A DNA stretch of 64,000 nucleotides, taken from Paracoccaceae bacterium (GTDB taxonomy: Bacteria; Pseudomonadota; Alphaproteobacteria; MPNO01; UBA830). Every line of letters begins with the position of its first letter. The first letter of the stretch is position 1. Positions 39,811 to 50,400 of the stretch are shown here, in pieces. Where the stretch lies: positions 162,787 through 226,786 of the forward strand of contig JBLIMV010000002.1 in the NCBI GenBank assembly GCA_047638395.1, written 5' to 3'. The notes under the pieces were generated by a model. That model saw only the letters and a program-made list of their open reading frames with translations. It searched no databases and was not told where the DNA came from. The translations under genes were made by a program, and so were the position numbers.

Positions 39811-40419
39811 AAACGATATTCGGTGTTATTCTGCCTCGCCCTTCTCGTGGCATTGACCTCGGGGCCGTCGGTCACCTTCGCCCATGGCGGCGGACTTGAC
39901 GGTCAGGGATGTCATCACAACCGCAAAGCAGGCGGATATCACTGCCACCGGGGGCCGCTGGCGGGTAAATCTTTCGAGTCCAAATCCGATGCCGCACGCG
40001 CGCTCAGCCGACCGGTCACACCGCGCACGATCGTCGGCAAAGCCAACATTATCGACGGCGATACGATTGAAATCTCCGGCAGGCAGATCGATCTTTTCGG
40101 TATCAGTGCACCAAAACCCGGTCAGTTCTGCGAAGCCGCGGGCAAAAAATGGGCCTGCGGCCAGAACGCCACCTTTGGCCTGTCAGCCATTATCGAGCGC
40201 CAATGGGTCCACTGTCATCCCAAAACACCGGATACTAATGGGCGGATCGCTGCCGTCTGCAGGCTGGCAGGCGCCAACGGGCCCGACGTCAATGCCGCCA
40301 TGGTCAGGCAGGGATGGGCGCAGGCCGACCGGCGCGGCACCGCCCCGTATCTGACGGAAGAAAAGGCGGCACGCGCTGCGAAGGCCGGTATCTGGGTCGG
40401 TCAGGACAGCGCGCGTTAA
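39811..40419 (+). CDS. secreted YHYH-domain / staphylococcal-nuclease-like (thermonuclease) fusion protein
   Basis: GGAGG RBS. Signal peptide. HGGGLDGQGCHHNRKAGGYHCH (YHYH-like). An SNase-like region (IIDGDTIEI...). Confidence 0.55.
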   Translation, partial: KRYSVLFCLALLVALTSGPSVTFAHGGGLDGQGCHHNRKAGGYHCHRGPLAGKSFESKSDAARALSRPVTPRTIVGKANIIDGDTIEISGRQIDLFGISAPKPGQFCEAAGKKWACGQNATFGLSAIIERQWVHCHPKTPDTNGRIAAVCRLAGANGPDVNAAMVRQGWAQADRRGTAPYLTEEKAARAAKAGIWVGQDSAR

Positions 40420-40450
40420 GGGCCGCTGCCCCGCACCGGGATCACCGCAC

Positions 40451-41296
40451 TTAAGACTGACCGCCGCTGCAATTGATCACGTCGCCGGTGACGAAGCTTG
40501 CATCATCGGAGGCCAGAAAGGCGACGGCGGCTGCATGCTCATCCGGCACGCCACGCCGGGACAGGGATTGCTGAGTGCGGATGTCCGCGACCATTTCCTG
40601 GCGGAATTCATCAGCCTGTTCCTGCGCCAGATCTTCCGCCATGACACCCTGGCCAAGGGACAGTCGCGGCGTTATCCGGTCCGGAATATCGGTGCCGCCC
40701 GGCGACAGCGTGTTCACCCGAATGCCATACCGCCCGTATTCCATGGCCAGCACCTTACCGAGCGCGAGGATCCCCCCTTTGCTGGAGGCATACGGCGCGC
40801 GATAGAGACCGCGCACCGATTGCGAACCGATGTTGATGATCGAGCCTGCATTCTGTTCCATCATGATCGGCAGCACGGCCCGGCACCCCCACAGGGTCGG
40901 CATCAGCGAGCGCTCGAGCTCCAGCTTCACCTCGTCTTCGCTGTAGAGATGAAACGGCTTCATCCAGATCGTACCGCCCACATTGTTGACGAGCACATCG
41001 ATCCGCCCGAACGCCGTCATCGCCGCGTCCATCATCTCCTCGGCGCCGGCAAATGTGCTCAGATCGACAAGCGTCTTGATCGCCTCGACACCATGCGCAA
41101 GCAGTTCATCGGTCGTCTGGGTGGCGCCCTCATCGACCCGGTCGGCAACGACAATTTTCCCGCCTTCCTGTCCGAGCCGCCGGGCAATCGCCTGCCCGAT
41201 GCCCTGACCGGCGCCGGTGACGACACATACCTTATTCTTTAACCGGCGCGCGCCGGCGGCTTTTGGATCGAGTTCATCAGTCACATTCAACTCCAT
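40451..41296 (-). CDS. SDR-family oxidoreductase
   Basis: VCVVTGAGQGIGQAIA cofactor motif. Catalytic YxxxK region. Confidence 0.75.
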   Translation of the reverse strand: MELNVTDELDPKAAGARRLKNKVCVVTGAGQGIGQAIARRLGQEGGKIVVADRVDEGATQTTDELLAHGVEAIKTLVDLSTFAGAEEMMDAAMTAFGRIDVLVNNVGGTIWMKPFHLYSEDEVKLELERSLMPTLWGCRAVLPIMMEQNAGSIINIGSQSVRGLYRAPYASSKGGILALGKVLAMEYGRYGIRVNTLSPGGTDIPDRITPRLSLGQGVMAEDLAQEQADEFRQEMVADIRTQQSLSRRGVPDEHAAAVAFLASDDASFVTGDVINCSGGQS

Positions 41297-41356
41297 TGGT
41301 AGCGCGCCGCCAAAACCCCGGGCCTGAGCGATGCTGTTTTTGATTTTCGATTCAGG

Positions 41357-42640
41357 TCAGATCGACCTATGGGCGACGCCCTTCTTGACCTTCATAGGTT
41401 CTCCGGGCGCCTCGTTAAACGGTATCTCTCGGGGCAGCTCGAACGATGCGGAACGCACAGCCTGCGCGGCCTCATCAAGGCCGGGCGGCGGCTTGCCCGT
41501 CTCCAGGTCGCGTGCGGAATCCTGCAACTGACGCCGCGCCATGAAGATGGCCTTGTCGGTCATGACCAGGTTCTCTCTGGCCCGGTCCTGAACCGGACCC
41601 ATGCTTTCCTGCAGCGCTGCATCCTGCATGGCGATACCTTTGACACCGCTAAAGGATTTCCGCGTCTTTTGCGCGTCACGGTCCATCATGTAGTCGTTGT
41701 CCCTGTTCATCACCGGCCGGGACGTCCCCGGAATCAGCTCGACATGGAGGCTGCCGCCGTTGCGCATAACGTCGAGTTCCAGCTCGTTCAGCGGGCGCGA
41801 CGGGTGATAGGAAAATGTCCAGGCAAAGCAGTTCTCGTCGTCGATCGGCACCCAGGCATGACCGTGCAGCGGGTTGTCGCCGTAAGGCGGCACGATCGTA
41901 TACCAGGGCATGATCCACGGCGTGATGCGCCAGTAGTATTTATCGTCGCCCGCGTTACGCCGAACGCCGATGTTCAGGCCACCCGGCGATTCGACGATCT
42001 CAAATTTGGGTGTCAGGTCGGACAGGTGATAGTCCGACCCCTTTGATCCGTGGTGCAACGGATCGCTCCGCAACTCGCCGCTATGCAGAAACGCCACATG
42101 ACTGGAATCGATTCCGCCTTCCAGCGCCTGGAGATAATTGCATTCCTCCAGGCGCTTCGAATGGTAGCGCTGGTCCGCGGGCACCGTGGTCCATTCAAAC
42201 GCCGGTGGCGGCGGCTGTTCCTCCGGCGGGCCCATATAGGTCCAGATGATTCCACCGCGCTCCACGCACGGATAAGACGTCAGCGCGACCTCCTGGCAAA
42301 ACCGGCTCTCCGGGGGCTCGGACGGAATTTCCAGACACTGGCCGGCGACGTCAAATTTCCAACCGTGATAGGGACAGCGAATACCCCCCTCTTCAACGCG
42401 GCCGAACCACAAAGAAACCCGGCGATGGGCGCAGAATTCTTCTATCAGGCCAAGCTTGCCATCGGTGTCGCGAAACGCCAGCAGATGTTCAGAGAGCAGC
42501 TTGACGCGAACAGGCGGGCAGTCGTTCCCGGCAACCTCTTCGGATAACAGGAACGGTATCCAGTAACGGCGAAACAGGTTGCCGGTCGGTGTCCCTGGAC
42601 CGGTTTCGGTAACCAGCTTGTTTCTCTCAGCAGTCAGCAC
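41357..42640 (-). CDS. Rieske [2Fe-2S] oxygenase alpha subunit (phthalate-dioxygenase / VanA-like, single-component class)
   Basis: CAHRRVSLWFG...CPYHGWKF Rieske motif. Mononuclear-iron region. Confidence 0.75.
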   Translation of the reverse strand: MLTAERNKLVTETGPGTPTGNLFRRYWIPFLLSEEVAGNDCPPVRVKLLSEHLLAFRDTDGKLGLIEEFCAHRRVSLWFGRVEEGGIRCPYHGWKFDVAGQCLEIPSEPPESRFCQEVALTSYPCVERGGIIWTYMGPPEEQPPPPAFEWTTVPADQRYHSKRLEECNYLQALEGGIDSSHVAFLHSGELRSDPLHHGSKGSDYHLSDLTPKFEIVESPGGLNIGVRRNAGDDKYYWRITPWIMPWYTIVPPYGDNPLHGHAWVPIDDENCFAWTFSYHPSRPLNELELDVMRNGGSLHVELIPGTSRPVMNRDNDYMMDRDAQKTRKSFSGVKGIAMQDAALQESMGPVQDRARENLVMTDKAIFMARRQLQDSARDLETGKPPPGLDEAAQAVRSASFELPREIPFNEAPGEPMKVKKGVAHRSI

Positions 42641-43194
42641 GGGTTTTCTTCCTTTCTGGCGTGGTATTCGCAGATTCCTGATGCGCCAGGGCCCGCGCGC
42701 GGCCCTGCTCGGGAACTATAGAACGACACGACACGAGCGACCATTCAGAAGAGATCCACCATCCAAAAAATTCACCCATACCCCCTAATTTTCGATGGAT
42801 TCAGTAGACAGGAAAATGTTTTTCCTAACAGTATCGGTTACAAATTATATTTGGTTTTGTCCGGTTCATTAGTGTTTTTTGAAAAATTATTTTTCAAAAG
42901 AGCATTTAGATGAATATTGATATAAAAACAGGAACGAATTCCATAAATTGTTTTCCGTATTACAAATCTTTACAATTTTACGTGCATCCCAATTTAATTT
43001 TGGGTTATGGTCATTGCAATAACAGTCGTTCTGGGGTTGCCGGTCCGGGCAGTCAGATGACTTTTTGGCGTTCGTTGGCAGGCGACGTTTGAAAGTGAAA
43101 TCTCTCAAACGGGTCTGCCGTGCGCGAACCTCCAGAATAGAACGAGCGACACCATGCCCGACAGGGTTGGGCACGGTGTCGATGACTGAGGGTA

Positions 43195-45270
43195 GTGTTG
43201 GTGCGTATAGAATATCCGAGCAATGAAGCGGCACGCGTCGAGGCGCTTCATCGATTTAGAATACTGGACACCCCCCCTGAAATAAATTTCGACCGCGTTA
43301 CAAAGCTGGCGAGCGATATCTGTGAAGCGCCGATTGCGCTGATTTCACTGATCGACAGCGAACGGCAGTGGTTCAAATCGAAAGTCGGTCTGGACGCTGG
43401 AGAAGCCCCGAGAGACATCGCATTTTGTGCACACGCGATCCTCGACGACGAATTGTTCATTGTGCCGGATGCAGCCACCGATGACCGGTTCAAAGACAAC
43501 CCTTTCGTCCTGGGATTCCCGCACATCCGCACCTATATGGGCGCGCCACTCATTACCAAAGCAGGCTATCGGCTCGGAACGCTTTGCGTCATATATCCTG
43601 AGATTACGCCCGTTCGTGAATCGTGGAAGGAGCGCATAACCTCCCTTGCCGCGATTGTGGTCGATGAACTCGAATGCCGGGTTGCGCTGGCAGATGTTGA
43701 AGAAAATGCGGACAGATCCCGCGACATCGTCGAAACCGCCGGTGAGTGGATCTGGGAAACCGACGAAAATCATCGATACATCTATCATTCCGACAACGGC
43801 CCGAGACGGATATTTCCGACATCTCAACTCCTCGGACGAACGCGCTGGGAACTTCCCGGCGTTGATACCGACATCGCCCAGTTTGACGTACTCAAGGAAG
43901 CGCTCGACCAGTATCAACCGTTCCGTGATTTTGAATATGTTTTTACAGACGCACAGGGGAACCATCAGCATCGGAAAGTAAGTGGCAATCCGGTCTTTGC
44001 TGAAAACGGCGGTTTCAAGGGCTATCGTGGAACATCGGCAGATATCACGGAGCGGGTAGAAACGTTCGAAAACCTGAAAGCAGCGACAGTCGCGGCAGAA
44101 CAGGCAAATAATGCGAAATCGGCGTTTCTCGCGAATATGAGCCACGAGCTCCGGACACCGCTTAATGCGATTATCGGCTTCTCGGACATGATGCTGAGCG
44201 CAACACCGGATGCTTTCTCAAAACCGGAATATGTCGAGTATACGAATGACATCAAGCATTCCGGCGAAGACCTGCTGAAAATCCTGAATGACGTTCTTGA
44301 CCTTTCGGAGGCCGAAGCCGGTCACGCCGAACTTAATGAAGAGCCAGTTGATGTTGCCGCCATCATCGATACATGCGTGCAACGTTTATTGTTTGAGGCC
44401 GAGGCGGCGAACCTCTTCGTTACCACGCTATATGCAGACGACATACCGCGCCTGGTGGCTGACGACCGCAAACTGAAACAGATCCTGGTCAATCTGCTGT
44501 CCAACGCGATTAAATTTACACCATCGCCGGGCGTGATAACCGTATCCGCCGATTTTTCGGCCGACTCCGGACACCTGATCAAGGTGTCCGACACCGGGAT
44601 CGGCCTGGCATCTGAAAATTTTGATAACGTCATTGCCCCTTTCAAGCAACTGGACTCCGGTTTTAACCGGAAATATGGCGGCACCGGTCTTGGCCTGCCC
44701 CTCGCCGTTTCATACACGGAGATGCATGGGGGCACCCTGAGGATCTTGAGCGAGGTGGGCGCCGGCACAACGGTCGAAATCCGGTTACCACCCGACAGAG
44801 CCATTCAGTCGGGAGATCAGGGCATGGATGCAACCCTGTCGCTGGACGGGGCTATGCAGCTGATTTCCGGGGAGGAACAGGCCCGGTCCTGCATCATTAC
44901 GGACCCGAGATTGCCGGACAATCCGATTGTTTATGTCACGCCTGAATTCGAAAAACAGACAGGCTACCCACAGGACGAGGTTATCGGCCGCAATTGTCGT
45001 TTTCTCCAGGGACCCAAAACAAGCGCGGGCGCCATCGCAAGCATCAGACACGCAATAGATAATGTTCTGCCGGTGACCACCGAAATTCTGAACTACCGGA
45101 AGGATGGCAGCCCCTTCCGCAACGTCGTGTCAATTCGACCAACGTTCGATATCCACGGCAATGCGGTCTCTTTTGTGGCGATCCAGTCGATAACGGACGT
45201 GGACGGATCGGACGTGCATGATGCAGGCCAGATCGACGATCCCGAAGACGGAGCCGGCACGCCCCACTGA
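43195..45270 (+). CDS. GAF-PAS-HisKA-HATPase sensor histidine kinase with a C-terminal LOV domain
   Basis: H-box MSHELRTPLNAI. G-box GGTGLGLP. C-terminal LOV signature GRNCRFLQG within an ...IVYVTPEF...LNYRKDG... context. GTG start. Confidence 0.75.
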   Translation: MLVRIEYPSNEAARVEALHRFRILDTPPEINFDRVTKLASDICEAPIALISLIDSERQWFKSKVGLDAGEAPRDIAFCAHAILDDELFIVPDAATDDRFKDNPFVLGFPHIRTYMGAPLITKAGYRLGTLCVIYPEITPVRESWKERITSLAAIVVDELECRVALADVEENADRSRDIVETAGEWIWETDENHRYIYHSDNGPRRIFPTSQLLGRTRWELPGVDTDIAQFDVLKEALDQYQPFRDFEYVFTDAQGNHQHRKVSGNPVFAENGGFKGYRGTSADITERVETFENLKAATVAAEQANNAKSAFLANMSHELRTPLNAIIGFSDMMLSATPDAFSKPEYVEYTNDIKHSGEDLLKILNDVLDLSEAEAGHAELNEEPVDVAAIIDTCVQRLLFEAEAANLFVTTLYADDIPRLVADDRKLKQILVNLLSNAIKFTPSPGVITVSADFSADSGHLIKVSDTGIGLASENFDNVIAPFKQLDSGFNRKYGGTGLGLPLAVSYTEMHGGTLRILSEVGAGTTVEIRLPPDRAIQSGDQGMDATLSLDGAMQLISGEEQARSCIITDPRLPDNPIVYVTPEFEKQTGYPQDEVIGRNCRFLQGPKTSAGAIASIRHAIDNVLPVTTEILNYRKDGSPFRNVVSIRPTFDIHGNAVSFVAIQSITDVDGSDVHDAGQIDDPEDGAGTPH

Positions 45271-45337
45271 CCCCCCAAACCCTCCGCCGCGCAAAGATTG
45301 GCAGGCGCAGGGAACATCGGAAAAATCTGATCGGTCC

Positions 45338-45392
45338 GGCGGAAATTGGTGGACCTGAAGGGACAAAGTTCGAACTCGTTGTTTGATGAGCT
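45338..45392 (-). repeat. degenerate copy of the tRNA-Ala 3'-end/att repeat (direct repeat of 60611-60680)
   Basis: Shares tccggNggaaattggtggaSc...tcgaactc with the 60.6-kb tRNA fragment, in the same orientation. Confidence 0.45.
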
Positions 45393-45679
45393 GGCGGAAT
45401 GGAACGTGGCTTTGGGTGGCTCTCGAGTTGAAACAATATCGTCTATCAACTTCGAAGGCAGCCCGGATACTGAAGCAGGAGCCTGCTTCGGCCCTGAAAG
45501 CAGATATTAGGCGTCAACGTGCCTGGTGACTGTTTCTGATCCATTGTGGATATTGTCATTCAGATGTGAATACAGTGGATTCCACGCGGGCGTGTCGCCC
45601 ATATAGCCCGAACGGGGAATAGTTATTGAAGTACCGAGGCGAAGCGGCGTAAGTATAGAGATGCGTATCGGGTCGAAAA

Positions 45680-47383
45680 TTGCAATCTCGTAGCTTCCTT
45701 CCGAGCAGTCTTGCGTTCGTTATCTGGAGTATCGCGTTACTGAACCCAGTTCCGGCGTTATCCCAACTTCAGCAACTGCCGAGCAGCGCCGAGCCCGGCC
45801 GACAGGCGCCGCGGCCGCCCGAATTGCCGCCCGCGCTCACCGACCTGGAGTGGAGCGTGCAGCTGCCGCCAGGCGCAGAACCACCGCCGTCATTGAAATC
45901 GGAACCGCTGGAGCTCAAGGATCTTCGCCTGACCGGCGTGACCGCCTATTCGCGCGCCCAGCTTATTGACCTTTTCAGAGACGATCTCGGCAAAACGATC
46001 ACGTTTGAGCGATTCTATGCGATCGCGCGGGCGATACAGCAGCGTTACCGCAGAGACGGATATATTCTGAGTTTTTCCTACGTTCCGCCGCAATCGGTCG
46101 AAGATGGCGTCTTTACGATTGCGGTTGTCGAAGGATTTGTCGAAGCGGTGCAGATAGGCGATGTCGAAGGCACCCTGAAGGACACGCTGGCCAACGCGCT
46201 TAGCCCCATCACAGCGATCAGACCGCTAAACGTCCGGACGCTGGAACGTTACCTGCTCCTGGCGAACGACCTTGCCGGGGTCAAAGTCACCGCCGTGCTG
46301 CGACCGTCGAAATCAACCCAGGGCGCGACTGTCCTGGTCGCCAAGGTTCGCCGCACACCTTTCGGTGGCGGCGCCTCGATCGACAACCGGTCATCGGATT
46401 TTACCGGCCCATGGGGTTCGAGCGTTTCAGCGTCCGCGAACTCCCTGCTCGGGACCGGCGAACGGCTGGGTCTGACCCTGTCGGAAGCGGGCGGGCTAAA
46501 GGAAAAGAAGGCTGTGTCGGCGACCTATCAGCAACCCTTCGGTACAGAGGGCCTGCGGATCGATTTAGGCGTCAGTCAAACCGACAGTGAACCCGGCTCG
46601 ACCCTCGCGGAATTCGAGGTCGAAACGTCGACCCTGGAACTCACCTCGGATATTTCCTATCCCGTCATCCGCTCACGGGCGGAAACCCTGTCTATCGGTG
46701 GTGGTTTTACCTTTCGAAATGCCGAAGTCGACCTGCTCGGCCAGCCATTTAACCAGGACCGGCTTCGGCTGCTCCGGGCAAACGTGAATTACAGCAATGG
46801 CTCGGTGCTGGGTGGCAGCACCCGGATCATTCTGGGTGCGACCCAGTCGATGCAGATCTGGAGCTCTACAGACCCCAGCACGGACACAACATCCCGCGGC
46901 GACGCCGATATGGATTTTGCCAAACTGAATCTGGATGTCGTCTATGCCCGACCGATTGGCGCGGGAGTAACGGCACAGATCTCGATGACGGCCCAATACG
47001 CGACCCGCCCGACCCCGGCGTCCGAGGAATTCTCGCTCGGCGGAGACGGGTTTGGCCGGGCCTATAATTCCGGCGAACTGAGCGGCGAAGACGGTATCGG
47101 GTTTTCGGCGGAATTCAGCCGCAGCCTCGGCATCCGGCACCCGCAACTTCGCTACCTGAATGCCTATGGCTTCTACGATATCGGCAAGGTGTGGGACCGG
47201 GCATCGGCGTCGTCCCTGGGACCCGCGGATTCGCTGGCATCTGCCGGTGCCGGGCTGCGCGCGGGTTTACCATTCGGGTTAACCCTGCGGCTTGAATACG
47301 ATTTCCCGCTGACCCGCGAACCGAGCCACCAGAACGGCGAAAAGCACGGACGGCTCTTCTTTTTTGCGAGCTGGACGTACTAG
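45680..47383 (+). CDS. two-partner-secretion outer-membrane transporter (TpsB; ShlB/FhaC/HecB family)
   Basis: TTG start. Signal peptide. POTRA region. C-terminal beta-barrel ending in an aromatic residue. 567 aa. Confidence 0.75.
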   Translation: MQSRSFLPSSLAFVIWSIALLNPVPALSQLQQLPSSAEPGRQAPRPPELPPALTDLEWSVQLPPGAEPPPSLKSEPLELKDLRLTGVTAYSRAQLIDLFRDDLGKTITFERFYAIARAIQQRYRRDGYILSFSYVPPQSVEDGVFTIAVVEGFVEAVQIGDVEGTLKDTLANALSPITAIRPLNVRTLERYLLLANDLAGVKVTAVLRPSKSTQGATVLVAKVRRTPFGGGASIDNRSSDFTGPWGSSVSASANSLLGTGERLGLTLSEAGGLKEKKAVSATYQQPFGTEGLRIDLGVSQTDSEPGSTLAEFEVETSTLELTSDISYPVIRSRAETLSIGGGFTFRNAEVDLLGQPFNQDRLRLLRANVNYSNGSVLGGSTRIILGATQSMQIWSSTDPSTDTTSRGDADMDFAKLNLDVVYARPIGAGVTAQISMTAQYATRPTPASEEFSLGGDGFGRAYNSGELSGEDGIGFSAEFSRSLGIRHPQLRYLNAYGFYDIGKVWDRASASSLGPADSLASAGAGLRAGLPFGLTLRLEYDFPLTREPSHQNGEKHGRLFFFASWTY

Positions 47384-47498
47384 TCCCAAAATTTTCGTTT
47401 TTCATCTATTTTTTCAATGACTTACAAGACCTGAAGTCCTGCCGCCGCTTAACGCTGCGTAAACCTAGATTGTTCATACTAAATCCGTACCGAACCGG

Positions 47499-50400
47499 TT
47501 GTTCGCTCAGGATTTATCAGTGGTCGAGAGTTCGAAGTATTCACGCGCGCGTTCAGGACGCGGGAAACGGCACCGGCACTCGTCCGGATGGCGACGGCTG
47601 AGCAATGCTGGCGAACTGTGCCTGCGGCTCGTCCTCGGTGCGGCACTTACCGGTTCGCTACCGATCCAGGTTTTTGCGAACCCGCAGGGCGGCGCCGTCA
47701 CGGAGGGATCAGCGACGATCCAGCAATCGGGCAACCGTGTCGATGTTCACCAGGCCACCGACCGAGCCGTAATCGACTGGCGGTCGTTTTCGATCGCCCC
47801 CGGTGAGATCACCCAGTTTCACCAACCTTCGGCAGGCTCTATTGCGCTGAACCGCGTAACAGGCGCCGACCCGTCCCGCATTTTCGGCACGTTGCGTGCG
47901 AATGGCCGCGTCTTTCTGATCAACCCCAATGGAATCATGTTCGGTGCCGGGTCCCGCGTGGACGTCTCCGGTCTGGTCGCGACGACATCCAATATCCGCA
48001 ATGAGGATTTTATGGCCGGACGGATGGAATTTTCCATCCCGTCGCTGAATCCGCAGGCTTCCGTCGTTAATGAGGGGGATATCAGTATCGCGGATGCCGG
48101 ATATGCCGCCCTTGTCGCACCGCATGTACGAAATTCCGGCGTCATAAACGCCCGGCTCGGCCGGGTCACACTGGGCGCCGCGGATGCCTTCGCCATCGAC
48201 CTCTACGGCGATGATCTGGTGACCTTTCGGGTGGGTGTCGGGCGAACACCGGTAGATGCCGACGGTAACCCGGTCGACAGCCTTATTGATAACCAGGGCA
48301 GCATTCTGGCCGGGGGCGGAATCGTGCGGCTCGCGACACACAATGTAGAAGCCGTGGTCCGCAACGTGATCAATACCGATGGCGTGATCTATGCCAATAC
48401 GATCGAGCGACGGGACGGAAAGATCATCCTTGGTGCGGCCGGCAAGGGCGCTATTTCGGCGAAGGGCGAACTCTCCGCGACGGGCGGGTCAATTGAAATC
48501 GCGGGCAACGAAGATATTTCGCTGTCCGGAACACGTATCGCGGCAACTGATGTGGCAATCAACGCCGATGCCGACAAATCCGGCGCCGGCGACCTGAACG
48601 CCGGGACAAGCGGCGGCGATGCGATCCTGACCGATATCGATATCGATACAGCCGCGGGCAATGATGAAGGCGGCCGCGTGGTGATAACCGGCGACCGTGT
48701 CGCCATATTGGGCGCTTCGACTATCGATGCTTCGGGCGAGGCGGGCGGCGGCGAAATTCTCATCGGCGGCGATTTTCAGGGCAATGGCGTAACCCGAAAC
48801 GCCGATGCGACAATCGTCGGCGAAGATGTCCGCCTGAAGGCCGATGCGCTTGAGTTCGGCAACGGCGGGCGCGTGATTTTATGGGCGGACGGATTTACCC
48901 GCTTTCATGGCGCGATCTCGGCTATCGCAGGGCTGACGGCCGGCGATGGCGGCTTTACCGAGGTGTCGGGCAAACAGAACCTCGACTTCCAGGGCAGCGT
49001 GGATGTGACCGCCGCGGCGGGCGAAATCGGCACGCTTCTTCTCGATCCCGTCGATATTATCGTTTCAGCAGACAACACGGATGGCGCCACAGGCACGGGT
49101 CTGGGCAGCATCCTGTTCGCAGACGCTCCGGGCCTGAATCCCTGGAACGTCAGTCCGGCAGCTCTGGATGCCGTGAGCGGCAATATTCTGTTGCAGGCAA
49201 CCAATGACATCACGATCAGCAACGACATCAACCTGACCACACTGGGTGCGACATTCACGGCGACGGCGAATAACGACATCATCGTCAATGCCGGCGTGAC
49301 AACCAATAATGCGGCGATCACCCTGACGGCCGATGACGATGGTAGCGGTGTTGGCGAGCTTACCATTGCCGCCAGCCAGACCGTGACCAGTGGTAATAAC
49401 GCCGTCAACATCTCGGCCAACGACGTCGCGTTTACGGGCGGGATCGACAGCGGCACCGGCACAACCACGATCCTGATATCCGATGGCGGCACCATAAAAC
49501 TCGGCGGCACCCCCAGCGGCAACATGACCATTTCCGGGTCGGAACTTCAGAACATTACCGCCGCCAACCTGATCATCGGCGACGCGACGAACGGCAATAT
49601 CGAGGTCAAGAACGTCAGCGCGGCGGAGAGCAACAATGTGGGCACGGTCACGCTGAACGCCACCAAAGCAGGGGCCACCGTCGATATGAGCACCGGTGGC
49701 GGCAATGTCTTCAATGCCCTGGTGATCAATGCCGACGCCGCGGTTGCGACAAAAATCCTGACCACCGATACCGGCGGGCTGACGATCAATTCAGGCAACG
49801 GCGTAACGATTTCAGACAATGTAACGTCAGCCGGTGCGACAGTCATCGACGCCGACACCGACAATAACGGAACCGGTACATTCACGGTGACCAGCACATT
49901 CGCGCTGAACACGGCGGGCAATTCGTTGTCCATCACTGCGGACGACATCAACATCGCCGGCACCATCAACACTGGCGCCGCGGCGACCACGATACTGATC
50001 TCCGACGCGGGAACGATCGGATTCGGCAACAGCGCCCGGAATATGACGATATCCGGCGCAGAGCTTCAGAATATCACGGCCACAGGCCTGACCATCGGCG
50101 ACGCGACGAATGGCGACATCACGGTTGACGGCATTTCGGCGGCAAACAGCAACAACATCACCGGCACGGTCACGCTGAACGCGACGAATGCCGCCGCCTC
50201 GATTTCGATTTCGAACGCGGGGTCGACGTTCAACGCGCTGACCGCCAACGCGGCCAACACCATTACAGGCAATATTCCGCTGGTGACGGATACCGGCGCG
50301 CTGACACTGACTGCAGGGGCCGGAATTACGTTCAACGACACGGTTACAACAGCCGGCGCGGCTGTTTTCGATGCCGACAGCGATAACAACGGCACGGGCG

